47,162 nt of DNA. Source: Candidatus Bathyarchaeota archaeon (GTDB lineage Archaea; Thermoproteota; Bathyarchaeia; Bathyarchaeales; Bathycorpusculaceae). Location of the stretch: contig CAVZIW010000005.1 of the NCBI GenBank assembly GCA_963775465.1, positions 1 through 47,162 of the forward strand. The letters run 5' to 3'. Of the stretch, positions 1 through 9,903 are shown in pieces (the stretch's first letter is position 1; each line of letters opens with the position of its first letter). The notes beneath the pieces are model-generated. The model was not told where the DNA came from and ran no database searches. It worked only from the letters and a program-made list of their open reading frames with translations. The position numbers and the translations under genes were made by a program.

Positions 1-82
1 CAAACTACTCTGTAATTATACGTTTGAGGCTAAGTTAGTTAAAGTTTAAAAGCCAAAAACCGTTTTCTCTCTTCCCAAGTGA

Positions 83-1358
83 ATGAGTATGGCTAAGTCA
101 TCAGTTATTTCAGGCTTCTACAAGCTTTCCCCTAAAGCACGCCTGGAAATAGTTGCCGATTTCGCGGGTTTAACAGCCGAAGAAGTCCAGTTTCTACAGC
201 AATCTTCATCCTTACCCGTTGAAGTAGCCGACCATATGGTGGAAAACTTAATCGGGGTATTTCCGGAGCCCATGGGAGTAGCCGTAAATTTTCAAGTCAA
301 CGGCAAAGATTACCTTATTCCAATGGCAACAGAGGAACCTAGCGTTATCGCAGCTGCCAGTTATGCGGCGAAAATGGTGCGAGACGGAGGAGGTTTTAAA
401 ACCAGCAGCACTTCCCCCGTTATGATAGGGCAAATTCAAGTTGTTAAAGTAGATGATGCTGAAAATTCAAAGAAGGCCATTCTTGGTGCCAAAGTTGAAA
501 TTCTCAAAAAAGCTAACGAGCAGGACCCTATCCTTAACAATTTTGGAGGAGGTGCAAGGATCTCGACGCTCGAGTTATTAACACCTCTATGGGAAAAATG
601 GTTATTGTGCATCTATATGTGGATTGTCGAGATGCTATGGGCGCCAACGCCGTTAACACAATGTGCGAAGCCGTTGCTCCAATGATTGAAATTCTTAGCG
701 GTGGACACGTTTATCTTCGCATCATATCTAACTTAGCAGTAAGACGTCTCGCTAAAGCCAAATGTACTGTGCCTAAAGAAGCAGTCGGTGGTGCTGAAGT
801 TGTTGAGGGGATAGTATACGCCTCAGCTTTTGCAGCGGCAGATCCATACCGGGCGGCTACCCATAATAAGGGCGCAATGAATGGCATGATAGCTGTGGTT
901 TTGGCAACAGGTAACGATCACCGCGCCATTGAAGCTGGGGGGCACGCATATGCCGCTTTAAATGGATCTTACACTACTTTTTCGAAGTGGACTAAAAATG
1001 CGTCCGGCGATTTGGATGGGGAAATCGAATTGCCCATGGCAGTTGGTTTGATCGGGGCGCTGTTAAAACTCATCCGATAGCCAAAATTGCCATGAAAATT
1101 TTAGATGTGAAAAGCGCCAATGAATTTGCCGAAGTTTTGGCTGCAGTAGGTTTGGCTCAAAACCTTGCAGCTTTGCGTGCACTTTCAAGCGAGGGGATTC
1201 AGCGTGGTCATATGTCCCTTCATGCTCGCAATATTGCAGTAAACGCAGGTGCAAAAGGCACGCAAATAGACTTGGTTGCGGAACGCATGGTTCGAGAGAA
1301 GAAAGTCCGGATGGATCATGCCAAAGAAATCTTGGATGAGTTAAACAGTAACAAGTAG
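83..1358 (+). CDS. hmgA: Class II hydroxymethylglutaryl-CoA reductase, split by two single-base indels (about 557 and 1055; probable sequencing errors)
   Basis: ORFs 83-685, 589-1080 and 1092-1358 carry consecutive class II HMGR motifs: ENLIG, PMATEEPSV, DAMGAN, ATHNKG, GLAQN, GIQRGHMSLH. Adding one A near 557 and one G near 1055 restores one frame. Confidence 0.93.
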
Positions 1359-1400
1359 TTTTTACTCTTGCAGGATCAATTTTTATTTTTTTCTTGTTAG
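1359..1400 (+). terminator. T-rich tract after hmgA, likely archaeal terminator
   Basis: Runs of T (tttttact, ttttatttttttctt) directly after the stop, between convergent genes. Confidence 0.45.
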
Positions 1401-1562
1401 GTATCCGCGATTCACGCAATAGTGTATTTGTGCACTTTTTCTGGTTGTTGCTTTGAGTTAATGATATTTAGGCGAATTTAGCCTCATTTGGTATTTAGGC
1501 TCCAGAAAAAGCGTTATCACATATGTATTTTAAAGGGAAGGGGGATCTCTTTTGAAGACAGC

Positions 1563-2258
1563 TTATTCCAGGATGATTCTTGCATCAACAGTTATTGCGC
1601 CTTTTGGGTATGCCATGACGGGGTTTAAGTCAAGTTCTTTGATTTCAGGGTATTTCATAATTAACCGTGATGTGTTGCAGAGTATGTTGATGAGTGCGTC
1701 TATGTCTGCTGGTTCTGCTCCACGGTATCCGTTTAGTAAAGGGTACGCCTTTAGTTTGGTTATCATTTCTTTTGCCTCCTCTGAGGTGAGGGGGGCAATA
1801 CGAAAATTCACATCTTTTAGAAGTTCCACAAAAATGCCTCCTAAACCGAACATTACTGTTTGGCCGAATTGAGGATCTTTAATTGCGCCGACGATGACTT
1901 CTATTCCCTGAGGGGCCATTTCCTGCACAAGAACACCAACAATTTTGGCGTCGGGTTTGTACTTTTTGGCGTTTTCAATTATTGTTCTGTAGGCTGTTTC
2001 AACTTCAGCCGCGGTTTTTAGGTTAACTTTGACGCCTCCAGCATCTGATTTATGGATGATGTCGGGAGAGACTATTTTGAGTACTATTGGATACCCGATT
2101 TGTTCTGCTTGTGCAGCGGCTTCCTTTTCGCTTTTGGCGAGGTTAAATTTGTTGACTGGGATCTTGTATTCTGCGCAGATGGTTTTTGCTTCAGTTTCCA
2201 GAAGTGCGTGTCGACCTTCGTTTTTGGCTTGGTTGATAATTTTTGTGGTTTGGTTCAC
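1563..2258 (-). CDS. acdB: ADP-forming acetate/acyl-CoA ligase beta subunit (ATP-grasp)
   Basis: GYPIVLKIVSPDIIHKSDAGGV, DPQFG, FGLGGIFVE, ELDLNP and VDARI motifs. Likely GTG start at 2258; the longer ORF-track N-terminus is low-complexity. Confidence 0.9.
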   Translation of the reverse strand: MNQTTKIINQAKNEGRHALLETEAKTICAEYKIPVNKFNLAKSEKEAAAQAEQIGYPIVLKIVSPDIIHKSDAGGVKVNLKTAAEVETAYRTIIENAKKYKPDAKIVGVLVQEMAPQGIEVIVGAIKDPQFGQTVMFGLGGIFVELLKDVNFRIAPLTSEEAKEMITKLKAYPLLNGYRGAEPADIDALINILCNTSRLIMKYPEIKELDLNPVMAYPKGAITVDARIILE

Positions 2259-2344
2259 ATTAATTCTTCCGTTGGCATGTGTTTGTTTATTGGATGTTTT
2301 GGGGGGTTTAAAAATCGTTTTGTTGTTGTTGCGTATTTTTGCTT

Positions 2345-2415
2345 GTTTTAGGTTCAGTTGTGTAGTTGTTGAACACATTACTTCCTTTGTTTATTGAGAC
2401 ATAATACTTAATAGT
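2345..2415 (+). promoter_or_regulatory. Promoter element, copy 1 (TTGTTGAACA-N19-TGAGACATAATACTTAATAGT)
   Basis: The 21-mer at 2395-2415 is identical to 4956-4976 and the 10-mer at 2366-2375 to 4927-4936, with the same spacing. Contains a TATA-like TTAATA. Confidence 0.7.
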
Positions 2416-2560
2416 GCTTCTTAGAAAAATAATATATCAGTCCCCCAAAACTGGCCACTGATCCTTTCAAATAACAATTCAAAATCAATTACAACAAAAC
2501 CTCCCAATAACGGTATCACCCAAAAAATCAAACCAAAAATAAAAAAACAGGTGAAAAATC

Positions 2561-4714
2561 ATGTTTAAAAAAATCCTGACAGCAGCAACCATATTTTTAG
2601 TGGTTATGTCTGCTTCTATGATGTTAAACTTAACTACTTTCGCAACAACAACTAAACCTATAGAATTAAAAATCTATGTTAGCCCAAGTAGCATACTCGC
2701 AGATAACAACACATACACCTGCATCTTTGTCCAATTATTAAATGCTGATGGAAATCCTGCCCGAGCAGAACAAGATACAATCATTGACCTATCATCTAGC
2801 GCTCCAGGCATAGGAATCGTAGACCTAACAACAACAATTCCCAAAAACTTCACATATGGGTCAGCCAACTTCACCTCAACCTATTTACCCGGCACAACAA
2901 CCATCACCGCCACAGCTCCAAACTACTCCACTGTAGCTTCAACTCTAACAACAATCGGACCTTACCCTTACCAAACAACTGTCTATGGGTTTCCCTCTGT
3001 TCTTCCGGCTGATGGGGGAACATATGATGCAGTAATGGTTCAATTACAAGATTCTAACGGTTTGCCTGCTAGGGCACCAAACGATGTTCAAGTATCGCTC
3101 TTCTGCTCAGACAATTCAGTTGGGTCGGTTACCCCATCGATTACAATTCTTCAAGGTCAAACTTTCGCTATAGCCAATTTTACTACGACCACAGCACCTG
3201 GAGATACTTACATAACTGCCGTAGGTCATGGATATGTTTCAACTCAGGAAACATTTGCTACATCACTACTTATCCTCCCCAGTAAAACTTTATATTTTTG
3301 AAGGTCCCCCTCAAGTCCTTGCTGATAATGGAGAATACAGACAAATCGCCATTGAATTGCAAGATTCTTCAGGTATACCCGCAACTCGTCTTTCAAACAC
3401 TACAGTGACAATAGCCTCCTCAGACAACAATATAGCTACGACAGATAATGAAATAACAATTCCAGCGGGTTCCACATATGCTGTGGCCAGCATTTATACT
3501 ACTTATAGGGCAGGCGAAGTAACAATAACAGCAGCAACTAACGGCTTGAATATTGACAGACGGACGTTAACTACTGTTGGTTATACTCCATCAAAATTGG
3601 CGGTTTTCTGTGCTCCGTCTAATTTGCCCGCAGATAACTTAACTTACTCCACAGTTCAGGTGCAGCTTCAAGATGCTCAGGGAAGACCTGCGAGAAATCC
3701 TGATTCAGGTACTATCTTGAAGTTGTTCTCTTCAGACCTATCGGTTGGGGACGTTTTCTCGCCCATAACAATTCCTCTGGGGCAAACACAGGCTACTAGC
3801 AATTTTTCTTTGACTTTGACCCCTGGTTCGTCTTCAATTACCGCCATAGCATCAAACTACACAACAGGGCAAGTTACCATAGCCTCATACTTTATCGATT
3901 ATCGTTCTATGCAGGTTACTTTAACAGTCAATCCAGATCAAGTTAATGGTGGAACGATCCTTGCACGTGTCAGCCTATTTGCGGGAGAGAGTAACCCACA
4001 TGACGGGCAAGTGTAACATTCACCTCAGATATCGGTGGAACTTTCGCAGCAGTACAGGAAGGAAACGGGTATTATAACACCACTTTCACGACTCCAAATT
4101 TTTCTCAAGAAGCGATTTGCACAATTACTGTGTATGCGTCGAAAACCGGATGGTTGGACGTGCGTTGAACCTCACAAGTAACTGTTGTATCCGTAGTATC
4201 TCCAACGACTGCTCCCACTGAAACTCCCGTTTCAACGGTAACCCCGACTCCGTCTCCGTCTCCAACAGTGACCTCTTCCCCTGCTTCTTCTACGGTTAAT
4301 CCAAGTTCACCCGGAACTGGAATGGCAATCCTCCAGTTATGGGTTAAAAATAGTGACGGTTTGTCTTTAAGCGGAATAAACGTAAAATCAACATCCCAGC
4401 CGGAGGACTCACCAGCATTATCCGCTAAGACAAACGCAACCGGATTCGTTACTTTCCAGAACGTGAAAGTTGGATCTTATACCTTCCAAATAAGTAGCGA
4501 AGGATACGAAAAAGTAAACCACACATTTGATGCTACAAACAAACAATTGACACATACAATTTTTCTAAACACCGATAATTCTGAAAGTACAGAACAAAAC
4601 AGCGTCTCATCGCCTTTTCTAGTCCCAGCTGTGATGGCGATAATCATTGTTGTGGCCGTGGTGAGTATTGTGCTTTTCGTTAGGCGTCATTGGAGCATAA
4701 GACTCTCCCTTTGA
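2561..4714 (+). CDS. Secreted, membrane-anchored surface protein with about 4 Ig-like (invasin/intimin-type) repeats, Pro/Thr linker and C-terminal TM; several frameshifts
   Basis: Signal peptide; repeated module resembling P..L.AD...Y..I.VQL.D..G.PAR across ORFs 2561-3301 and 3228-4016; coding continues in other frames over about 4010-4267 (VTFTSDIGGTF, PTETPVSTVTPTPSPSP); TM plus RRH at the end of 4268-4714. Confidence 0.75.
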
Positions 4715-4906
4715 TTTTTGTCCAATAATTAGGTAAACAGCATTGTAGCTGGTACTGGTTGTATTTTATCGCCTTGCGGTTGAATCTACTCAATAAGCTA
4801 TTATGAAAACCAATCATTTTAAACTCATTAAGGTAATTCTTCTACCGTTTTCTGTATGTTAAGTTAAAGAATCATTTTTGGTATTAGATTTAAGTTTGGC
4901 TTTTTC

Positions 4907-4976
4907 GTTTTAGGGGTGTTGTATTTTTGTTGAACAGGTTTACACTGACATTTAGTGAGACATAATACTTAATAGT
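4907..4976 (+). promoter_or_regulatory. Promoter element, copy 2, upstream of the pilus operon
   Basis: Matches 2345-2415 (gttttagg, ttgttgaaca, tgagacataatacttaatagt). Confidence 0.7.
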
Positions 4977-5005
4977 TGTATTCTGTGAAAATATGTAGGC
5001 TCAAA

Positions 5006-6832
5006 ATGCGAATCCCTCCTATCAAAGAATCTCTCAAACAATCAATCCAGAGATCATCCGCCAAATTAGCCCAAACTCTTACAAACATGAAAAATATCAA
5101 TAACAAAAATTTATTCCAAAAAAAACCGAAAGAAAAAATCAAAAAATCTTTAAAAAATAAATTATCAAAATTACCAAAACTTATCATTACACCAAAAGAG
5201 AAAAAAGAATCGACCCCTTCATCTAAAAAAAGCTTTTTTTCCAAAGTTTTTTCTAAAAAGGAGAAATCCGAACCTGAAACTGTAATTAGCCAAAAAGCTC
5301 TCCCCAAGGGCATAACAATTATTGAAAAATACCCGCTTTATGAGCCCTTCTCACAGGCTGTTATCGTGCAGGACCCAAAAACAGGTGAGCACAAATATAT
5401 TCTCGACGAGCTCCAGCTCGATCCAATGGAACGCGGAATATACAACCGTATCCTTGAGATTCTCCTCGCAGAAATCCAATCACCTAAAGAGGAACTCTCA
5501 GATCCTCGCCGTTTCTTTGCAGATGAAGCTAAGAAAATAGTGGATAAATACCGTATTAGCCTTGGCTGGCTTCCTGATGTTTCTTGGTACAAAATTCTCT
5601 ACCACGCCGAACGCGACTTAGTGGGTTTTGGAAAGATTGACCCGTTGATGCGGGACCCAAACATAGAAGACATTAGTTGTGATGGAGTCAGCAAATCCGT
5701 TTACATTTGGCATCGCACTCACGAAAGCATAGAAACAAATCTACAATTTGAAAGCGACGAAGATCTCGATAACCTCGTAGTTAAACTTGTTCATATGGCT
5801 GGGAAACACGTCAGCAGCGCTTTCCCAATAGTTGATGCTTCCTTGCCTGGGAAACACCGTCTCGCGATTGCATACCGGCGAGAAATCACCCCCTTCGGAA
5901 CCGCGTTTACTATTAGAAAATTCCGAGACGATCCTTACTCAATCATAGATCTCATCAACATCGGCACATTCACAGAGGAAATGGCGGCATACCTATGGAT
6001 TTGCTTAGAAAATCGTTCATCAGTAATGGTTCTTGGTGGAACAGCAGCTGGCAAAACCACCGCGCTAAACGCACTAGGGTGCCTCATAAAACCAGGCAGT
6101 AAAATAATGACTATTGAAGAAACAGCTGAGCTTAATCTTTCTCATGAGAACTGGGTGTCACTAATCGCCCGGCAAAGCTACGGTTTAGGTGGTAGTAGCG
6201 TAGGTGAGGTGGCGCTTTTTGATTTGGTTAAGACCTGTATGCGTCACCGACCCGATCTAATGATTGTTGGTGAAGTACGCGGTCAAGAAGCATATGTCCT
6301 CTTTCAGGCTTTGGCAACTGGTCACGGTGGTATGTGCACTATGCACGCAGAAAATGTGCAGTCAGCGGTTAGACGCCTCACGCAAAAACCAATGGACATC
6401 TCTCCTGGGTATATTCCATTGATGAACATCGTTATGTCTGTTCAGCGGGTGCATATGGTGAAGAATGGGCAGAAAAGGGCTTTCCGTCGTATGCTCTCGG
6501 TTAATGAAATTATGGACTTTGAAAAATATGTTAACCCCTTCAAATGGGATCCCATTAAAGATGAGCAAATCATTGATTTAGATTCCAGCTTCTTATTAAC
6601 GAACATCTCTGAACGTCTCGGTGTGAGCCGCGACCAACTCCTAACCGAGCTGAAGAAGCGAAGTGATGTTTTGCGTTGGATGCGCCAGCAAAATATTCGC
6701 AGCTACAAAGAAGTTGCTGCCATAATCGCCGAATACTATGCGCGACCTAAAGAAATTCTAGCGAAAATGGCGCCTACAGAACTGGAAGTTGCTGTAGGAA
6801 CAGAGGTAGATGAGATTGCCGTTACTAGATAA
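5006..6832 (+). CDS. Type IV pilus/archaellum-type secretion ATPase (PilB/FlaI/VirB11 family)
   Basis: EDISCDG, FTIRKF, Walker A GGTAAGKT, TIEETAEL, RHRPD, VGEVRG, TGHGGMCTMHA. Start uncertain because of the Lys-rich N-terminus. Confidence 0.95.
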   Translation: MRIPPIKESLKQSIQRSSAKLAQTLTNMKNINNKNLFQKKPKEKIKKSLKNKLSKLPKLIITPKEKKESTPSSKKSFFSKVFSKKEKSEPETVISQKALPKGITIIEKYPLYEPFSQAVIVQDPKTGEHKYILDELQLDPMERGIYNRILEILLAEIQSPKEELSDPRRFFADEAKKIVDKYRISLGWLPDVSWYKILYHAERDLVGFGKIDPLMRDPNIEDISCDGVSKSVYIWHRTHESIETNLQFESDEDLDNLVVKLVHMAGKHVSSAFPIVDASLPGKHRLAIAYRREITPFGTAFTIRKFRDDPYSIIDLINIGTFTEEMAAYLWICLENRSSVMVLGGTAAGKTTALNALGCLIKPGSKIMTIEETAELNLSHENWVSLIARQSYGLGGSSVGEVALFDLVKTCMRHRPDLMIVGEVRGQEAYVLFQALATGHGGMCTMHAENVQSAVRRLTQKPMDISPGYIPLMNIVMSVQRVHMVKNGQKRAFRRMLSVNEIMDFEKYVNPFKWDPIKDEQIIDLDSSFLLTNISERLGVSRDQLLTELKKRSDVLRWMRQQNIRSYKEVAAIIAEYYARPKEILAKMAPTELEVAVGTEVDEIAVTR

Positions 6833-8546
6833 ATTTGAAGCTCTCTCTTTCCGCCTCTTCGGCAAAATAGCGCCATATTTCCTAAGAAAAGTTTTTCCCT
6901 CTCTCAAAGGCGCTCTTGAACGGGGACGGGTTAAAATTTACCCTGAAACCTACATTTCTCTAATGTTCTTTGTCACGCTTCTGACGGTACCTTTTTCCGT
7001 TGTGGCGGTAATTTTCGCCCTTACGTTCAGTTTTTTGCCGCTTCTTATTCTGGCTTTTTTGCCACTTTTTATCATTGCAGGCTTCATTGTTGTGCCTATG
7101 AACAGCGCCAGTGACCGCTCCATTGGCTTAGAACGCGAATTGCCATTTGCAGCCGCATATATCAGTGTCATGTCGAGTGGAGGTATCGCACCCTACACTA
7201 GCTTCAAACGGCTAACAGAAGTTAACCTAATGCCTGCCATGAATAGAGAAGCTCGTGATGTAGTTAAAGACGTGGAAATTTTCGGCGTTGACCCGCTTTC
7301 AGCATTGGAAATGGCTGCTAAAAAGACTCCTCTTGATCTCTTCAAAGATTTCTTGGGAGGTTACGCATCCACAGTTATTATTGGTGGAGATATTGGGCAT
7401 TTTTTGGAACGTAAGGCCGAAGACATTTTTAAAGCCCGTGGGTTGCGCGTGAAAGCAGCAGCGGAACGACTCGGAATGTTATTGGAAACTTTCATCATCG
7501 TTGAGGTTATGATGTCGCTTTGCTTCTATATCCTCTTTGCAGTAAATAACCTTCAGACTGGTGCAGTGCCGACGGGGGCTCCCTCTGATCTGTCCCAATA
7601 CTCGGCGATGTTGCTGTATACTTTTATCTTTACACCTATGCTTTCCTTCATGTTCATCTATCTCGCCCATAATATGCAGACAAAAACTCCCACCTCTGAA
7701 AAAAGGCCCTACAAGATTTGGGCTATTAGTAGTGTTTTCGCAATATTCGCTTTTCTATTATTATCCAACTTTATGGGTTTCGTCCAGCTTCCTCTTTTTA
7801 CACAGCTTCAAGCCATAGGTCTTGATCTGCCTGTGGCAGTTGCAATTTCGCTTTTTATATCAGCTGCACCCCCCGCCATTATTCACATAAAGTTGTCTAA
7901 AACAAAATCCAGCATGGAACAGGGTGTGACTAATTTTCTACGCGATCTTACTGAGGTGCGCAAAACAGGACTTTCTCCTGAAAAATGCATCGAAAGTCTC
8001 TCCAAACGCGACTACGGAGCATTCACCAAGGAACTTCGCAAAATCAGTACTGACATCTCATGGGGAATCCCCATCAAGAAAGTTATGGTGGATTTTCTAC
8101 ACCGAACCCGAAGTTGGATGGTTCAAATTGTCATGTTCTTGCTTGTTGAAACTATCGACGTTGGTGGAGGCACCATTGCCATGATAGATTCCTTGGCACG
8201 GTTTAACAATATGACCCAGGAAGTTGAGAAAGAGAAGAAAATGAGTGTTCGTCCCTACGTTATGATGCCGTATTTAGCTTCGATTCTACTTGTGGCAACC
8301 ACAGTTATGATGATGGGCTTGACCACTGGTATCGCTGTACCTGGCATGGATTCCCCAGCCGGCCCCGACCCATTGATGGAAACCATATTCATTACTTCAG
8401 TGATTTTTCACAGCTTCCTGATTGGCATAGTGTCAGGCAAAATTAGCGATGACTCTGTCGCCTCAGGACTCAAACATGCAGCTATATTGGTGATAATTGC
8501 GGTAGTTGCAGCGAAGTTAATTCCACAGTTCATAAAACTAGCTTAG
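6810..8546 (+). CDS. Type II secretion F-family / TadC-FlaJ-like membrane platform protein (two T2SSF domains)
   Basis: Polytopic membrane protein, ERELPFA and FLRDLTE..KTG halves, overlaps the ATPase stop. Confidence 0.9.
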   Translation: MRLPLLDKFEALSFRLFGKIAPYFLRKVFPSLKGALERGRVKIYPETYISLMFFVTLLTVPFSVVAVIFALTFSFLPLLILAFLPLFIIAGFIVVPMNSASDRSIGLERELPFAAAYISVMSSGGIAPYTSFKRLTEVNLMPAMNREARDVVKDVEIFGVDPLSALEMAAKKTPLDLFKDFLGGYASTVIIGGDIGHFLERKAEDIFKARGLRVKAAAERLGMLLETFIIVEVMMSLCFYILFAVNNLQTGAVPTGAPSDLSQYSAMLLYTFIFTPMLSFMFIYLAHNMQTKTPTSEKRPYKIWAISSVFAIFAFLLLSNFMGFVQLPLFTQLQAIGLDLPVAVAISLFISAAPPAIIHIKLSKTKSSMEQGVTNFLRDLTEVRKTGLSPEKCIESLSKRDYGAFTKELRKISTDISWGIPIKKVMVDFLHRTRSWMVQIVMFLLVETIDVGGGTIAMIDSLARFNNMTQEVEKEKKMSVRPYVMMPYLASILLVATTVMMMGLTTGIAVPGMDSPAGPDPLMETIFITSVIFHSFLIGIVSGKISDDSVASGLKHAAILVIIAVVAAKLIPQFIKLA

Positions 8547-8557
8547 GAGGAGAAAAA

Positions 8558-9415
8558 ACGAAACAACACCGAAGTTTCCGGACGAATAAACATGGTATCA
8601 GCCCCGCCTTCTCCACCATGATACTAACTGCGGGTGTAATCGTTATGATACTAGTAGCCATGAGCTACGCAAGCAATATTATGAATCTTAAACTCGCGGA
8701 GAATGAGTTTGTCTCAACCAAGCAATTCATGTCGTCTACTGTCGAGCAAATGGATGATATAGCTTGGACGATTGAACGCACTCAAACGGTAACCTACGCC
8801 AGCAGATTCGGAGCCTTGAAATATCAGCCAGCCGCCATTACTTACGACCTTAGCATACATACAGCAGCAGGATGGGATAACCAGACCTTATCAGCCCAAA
8901 CTGGGATCCTTCTTTTCAACATACCCATAGGTTCTTACTCGATGGGCAACAACTACTTTGAGCGTGTACCCTTTTCCGCAAACGGCTCTTTTTTGCTATC
9001 CGGATCTTCTGCGCCTGTAGGTCAAGTTTTCTGCGAAGAGAAATTGCCAATGAATGACGGTAGCTATCTAAGAGTGGCACTTGTGCCTACTATGCGAGTT
9101 CTGTCCAACACCATAGAAAATGGACAGAACTATCTGAAATTTTACATGCCTAGTCTGGATAACGCCATCAGTTCCTATAACACTCAGGGTTTAACTTTGA
9201 GAGGCGCGGGGATCTCAAAGGTTACACATAGTGGCGTTGATTGCATAATTATAACTGCAAATTATCCTCTAGAAACTTCTGGTTTTGACAGTGATTTTTT
9301 CAACTTTGATCGCTCAACAATCATCTTAAACAGCTATTCCACGCCAAAACTCAGCTCAAATTCGGTTGTTGAATTCTACACAGGTCATGTGAATATTTCA
9401 ATTGGAGGATCATAA
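8558..9415 (+). CDS. Pilin-like protein with class III signal peptide
   Basis: In-frame extension upstream of ATG 8618 gives KQHRSFRTNKHG/ISPAFSTMILTAGVIV. AGGAGG at 8545-8550 precedes ACG at 8558. Confidence 0.8.
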   Translation, partial: TKQHRSFRTNKHGISPAFSTMILTAGVIVMILVAMSYASNIMNLKLAENEFVSTKQFMSSTVEQMDDIAWTIERTQTVTYASRFGALKYQPAAITYDLSIHTAAGWDNQTLSAQTGILLFNIPIGSYSMGNNYFERVPFSANGSFLLSGSSAPVGQVFCEEKLPMNDGSYLRVALVPTMRVLSNTIENGQNYLKFYMPSLDNAISSYNTQGLTLRGAGISKVTHSGVDCIIITANYPLETSGFDSDFFNFDRSTIILNSYSTPKLSSNSVVEFYTGHVNISIGGS

Positions 9416-9432
9416 CCTTTGGAGGCGATTTT

Positions 9433-9903
9433 TTGACCCAAGTAACCTTAGAATACATGATCATGATTCCTCTTCTAATATTGCAAATTTTTCTTTTCCC
9501 GCTAGTCGCCAACGCCGTTATGGATAGCTGGAACGATTCACGTCGAGATTTGCAGTTGCAAGAAACCGCAGCACATTTAGCTAGTACTATTCAGCAGCTC
9601 TATTATACTATTAATCATGCCTCGATGAACGGTTCTGTGACTATCCACCTTGATATTCCCTTAGCGATAGAGCAATACCCCTACAAGATATCGCTGAGTC
9701 ATGCACCGATGGTAACCGGTGGTTATGAGGTTATGAATGTTACACTGAATTTTATCTCTGTTGAAAGTGGTACTTCTACCATTGTTACCTTGGGCAACAA
9801 TGTAGATTGGCAAAACCTTAATTTCAATAGTACCCAAGCCAACCTAATATTAACTGCGGCCAAAACAGCAGACCAAATCATGCTAACGGCTGGAGGGGAT
9901 TGA
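9433..9903 (+). CDS. Minor pilin-like protein
   Basis: N-terminal QVTLEY plus hydrophobic helix; GGAGG before the TTG start; within the pilus operon. Confidence 0.7.
   Translation: MTQVTLEYMIMIPLLILQIFLFPLVANAVMDSWNDSRRDLQLQETAAHLASTIQQLYYTINHASMNGSVTIHLDIPLAIEQYPYKISLSHAPMVTGGYEVMNVTLNFISVESGTSTIVTLGNNVDWQNLNFNSTQANLILTAAKTADQIMLTAGGD

Noticed and set aside
83-1358. hmgA as a pseudogene or programmed frameshift
   Set aside because: Both breaks are single-base losses in short A or G runs in a likely essential gene, and porB shows the same pattern; sequencing error is simpler.
1552-2397. Plus-strand ORFs opposite acdB, and other short antisense ORFs inside long genes
   Set aside because: Shadow frames of well-supported genes with no recognisable motifs.
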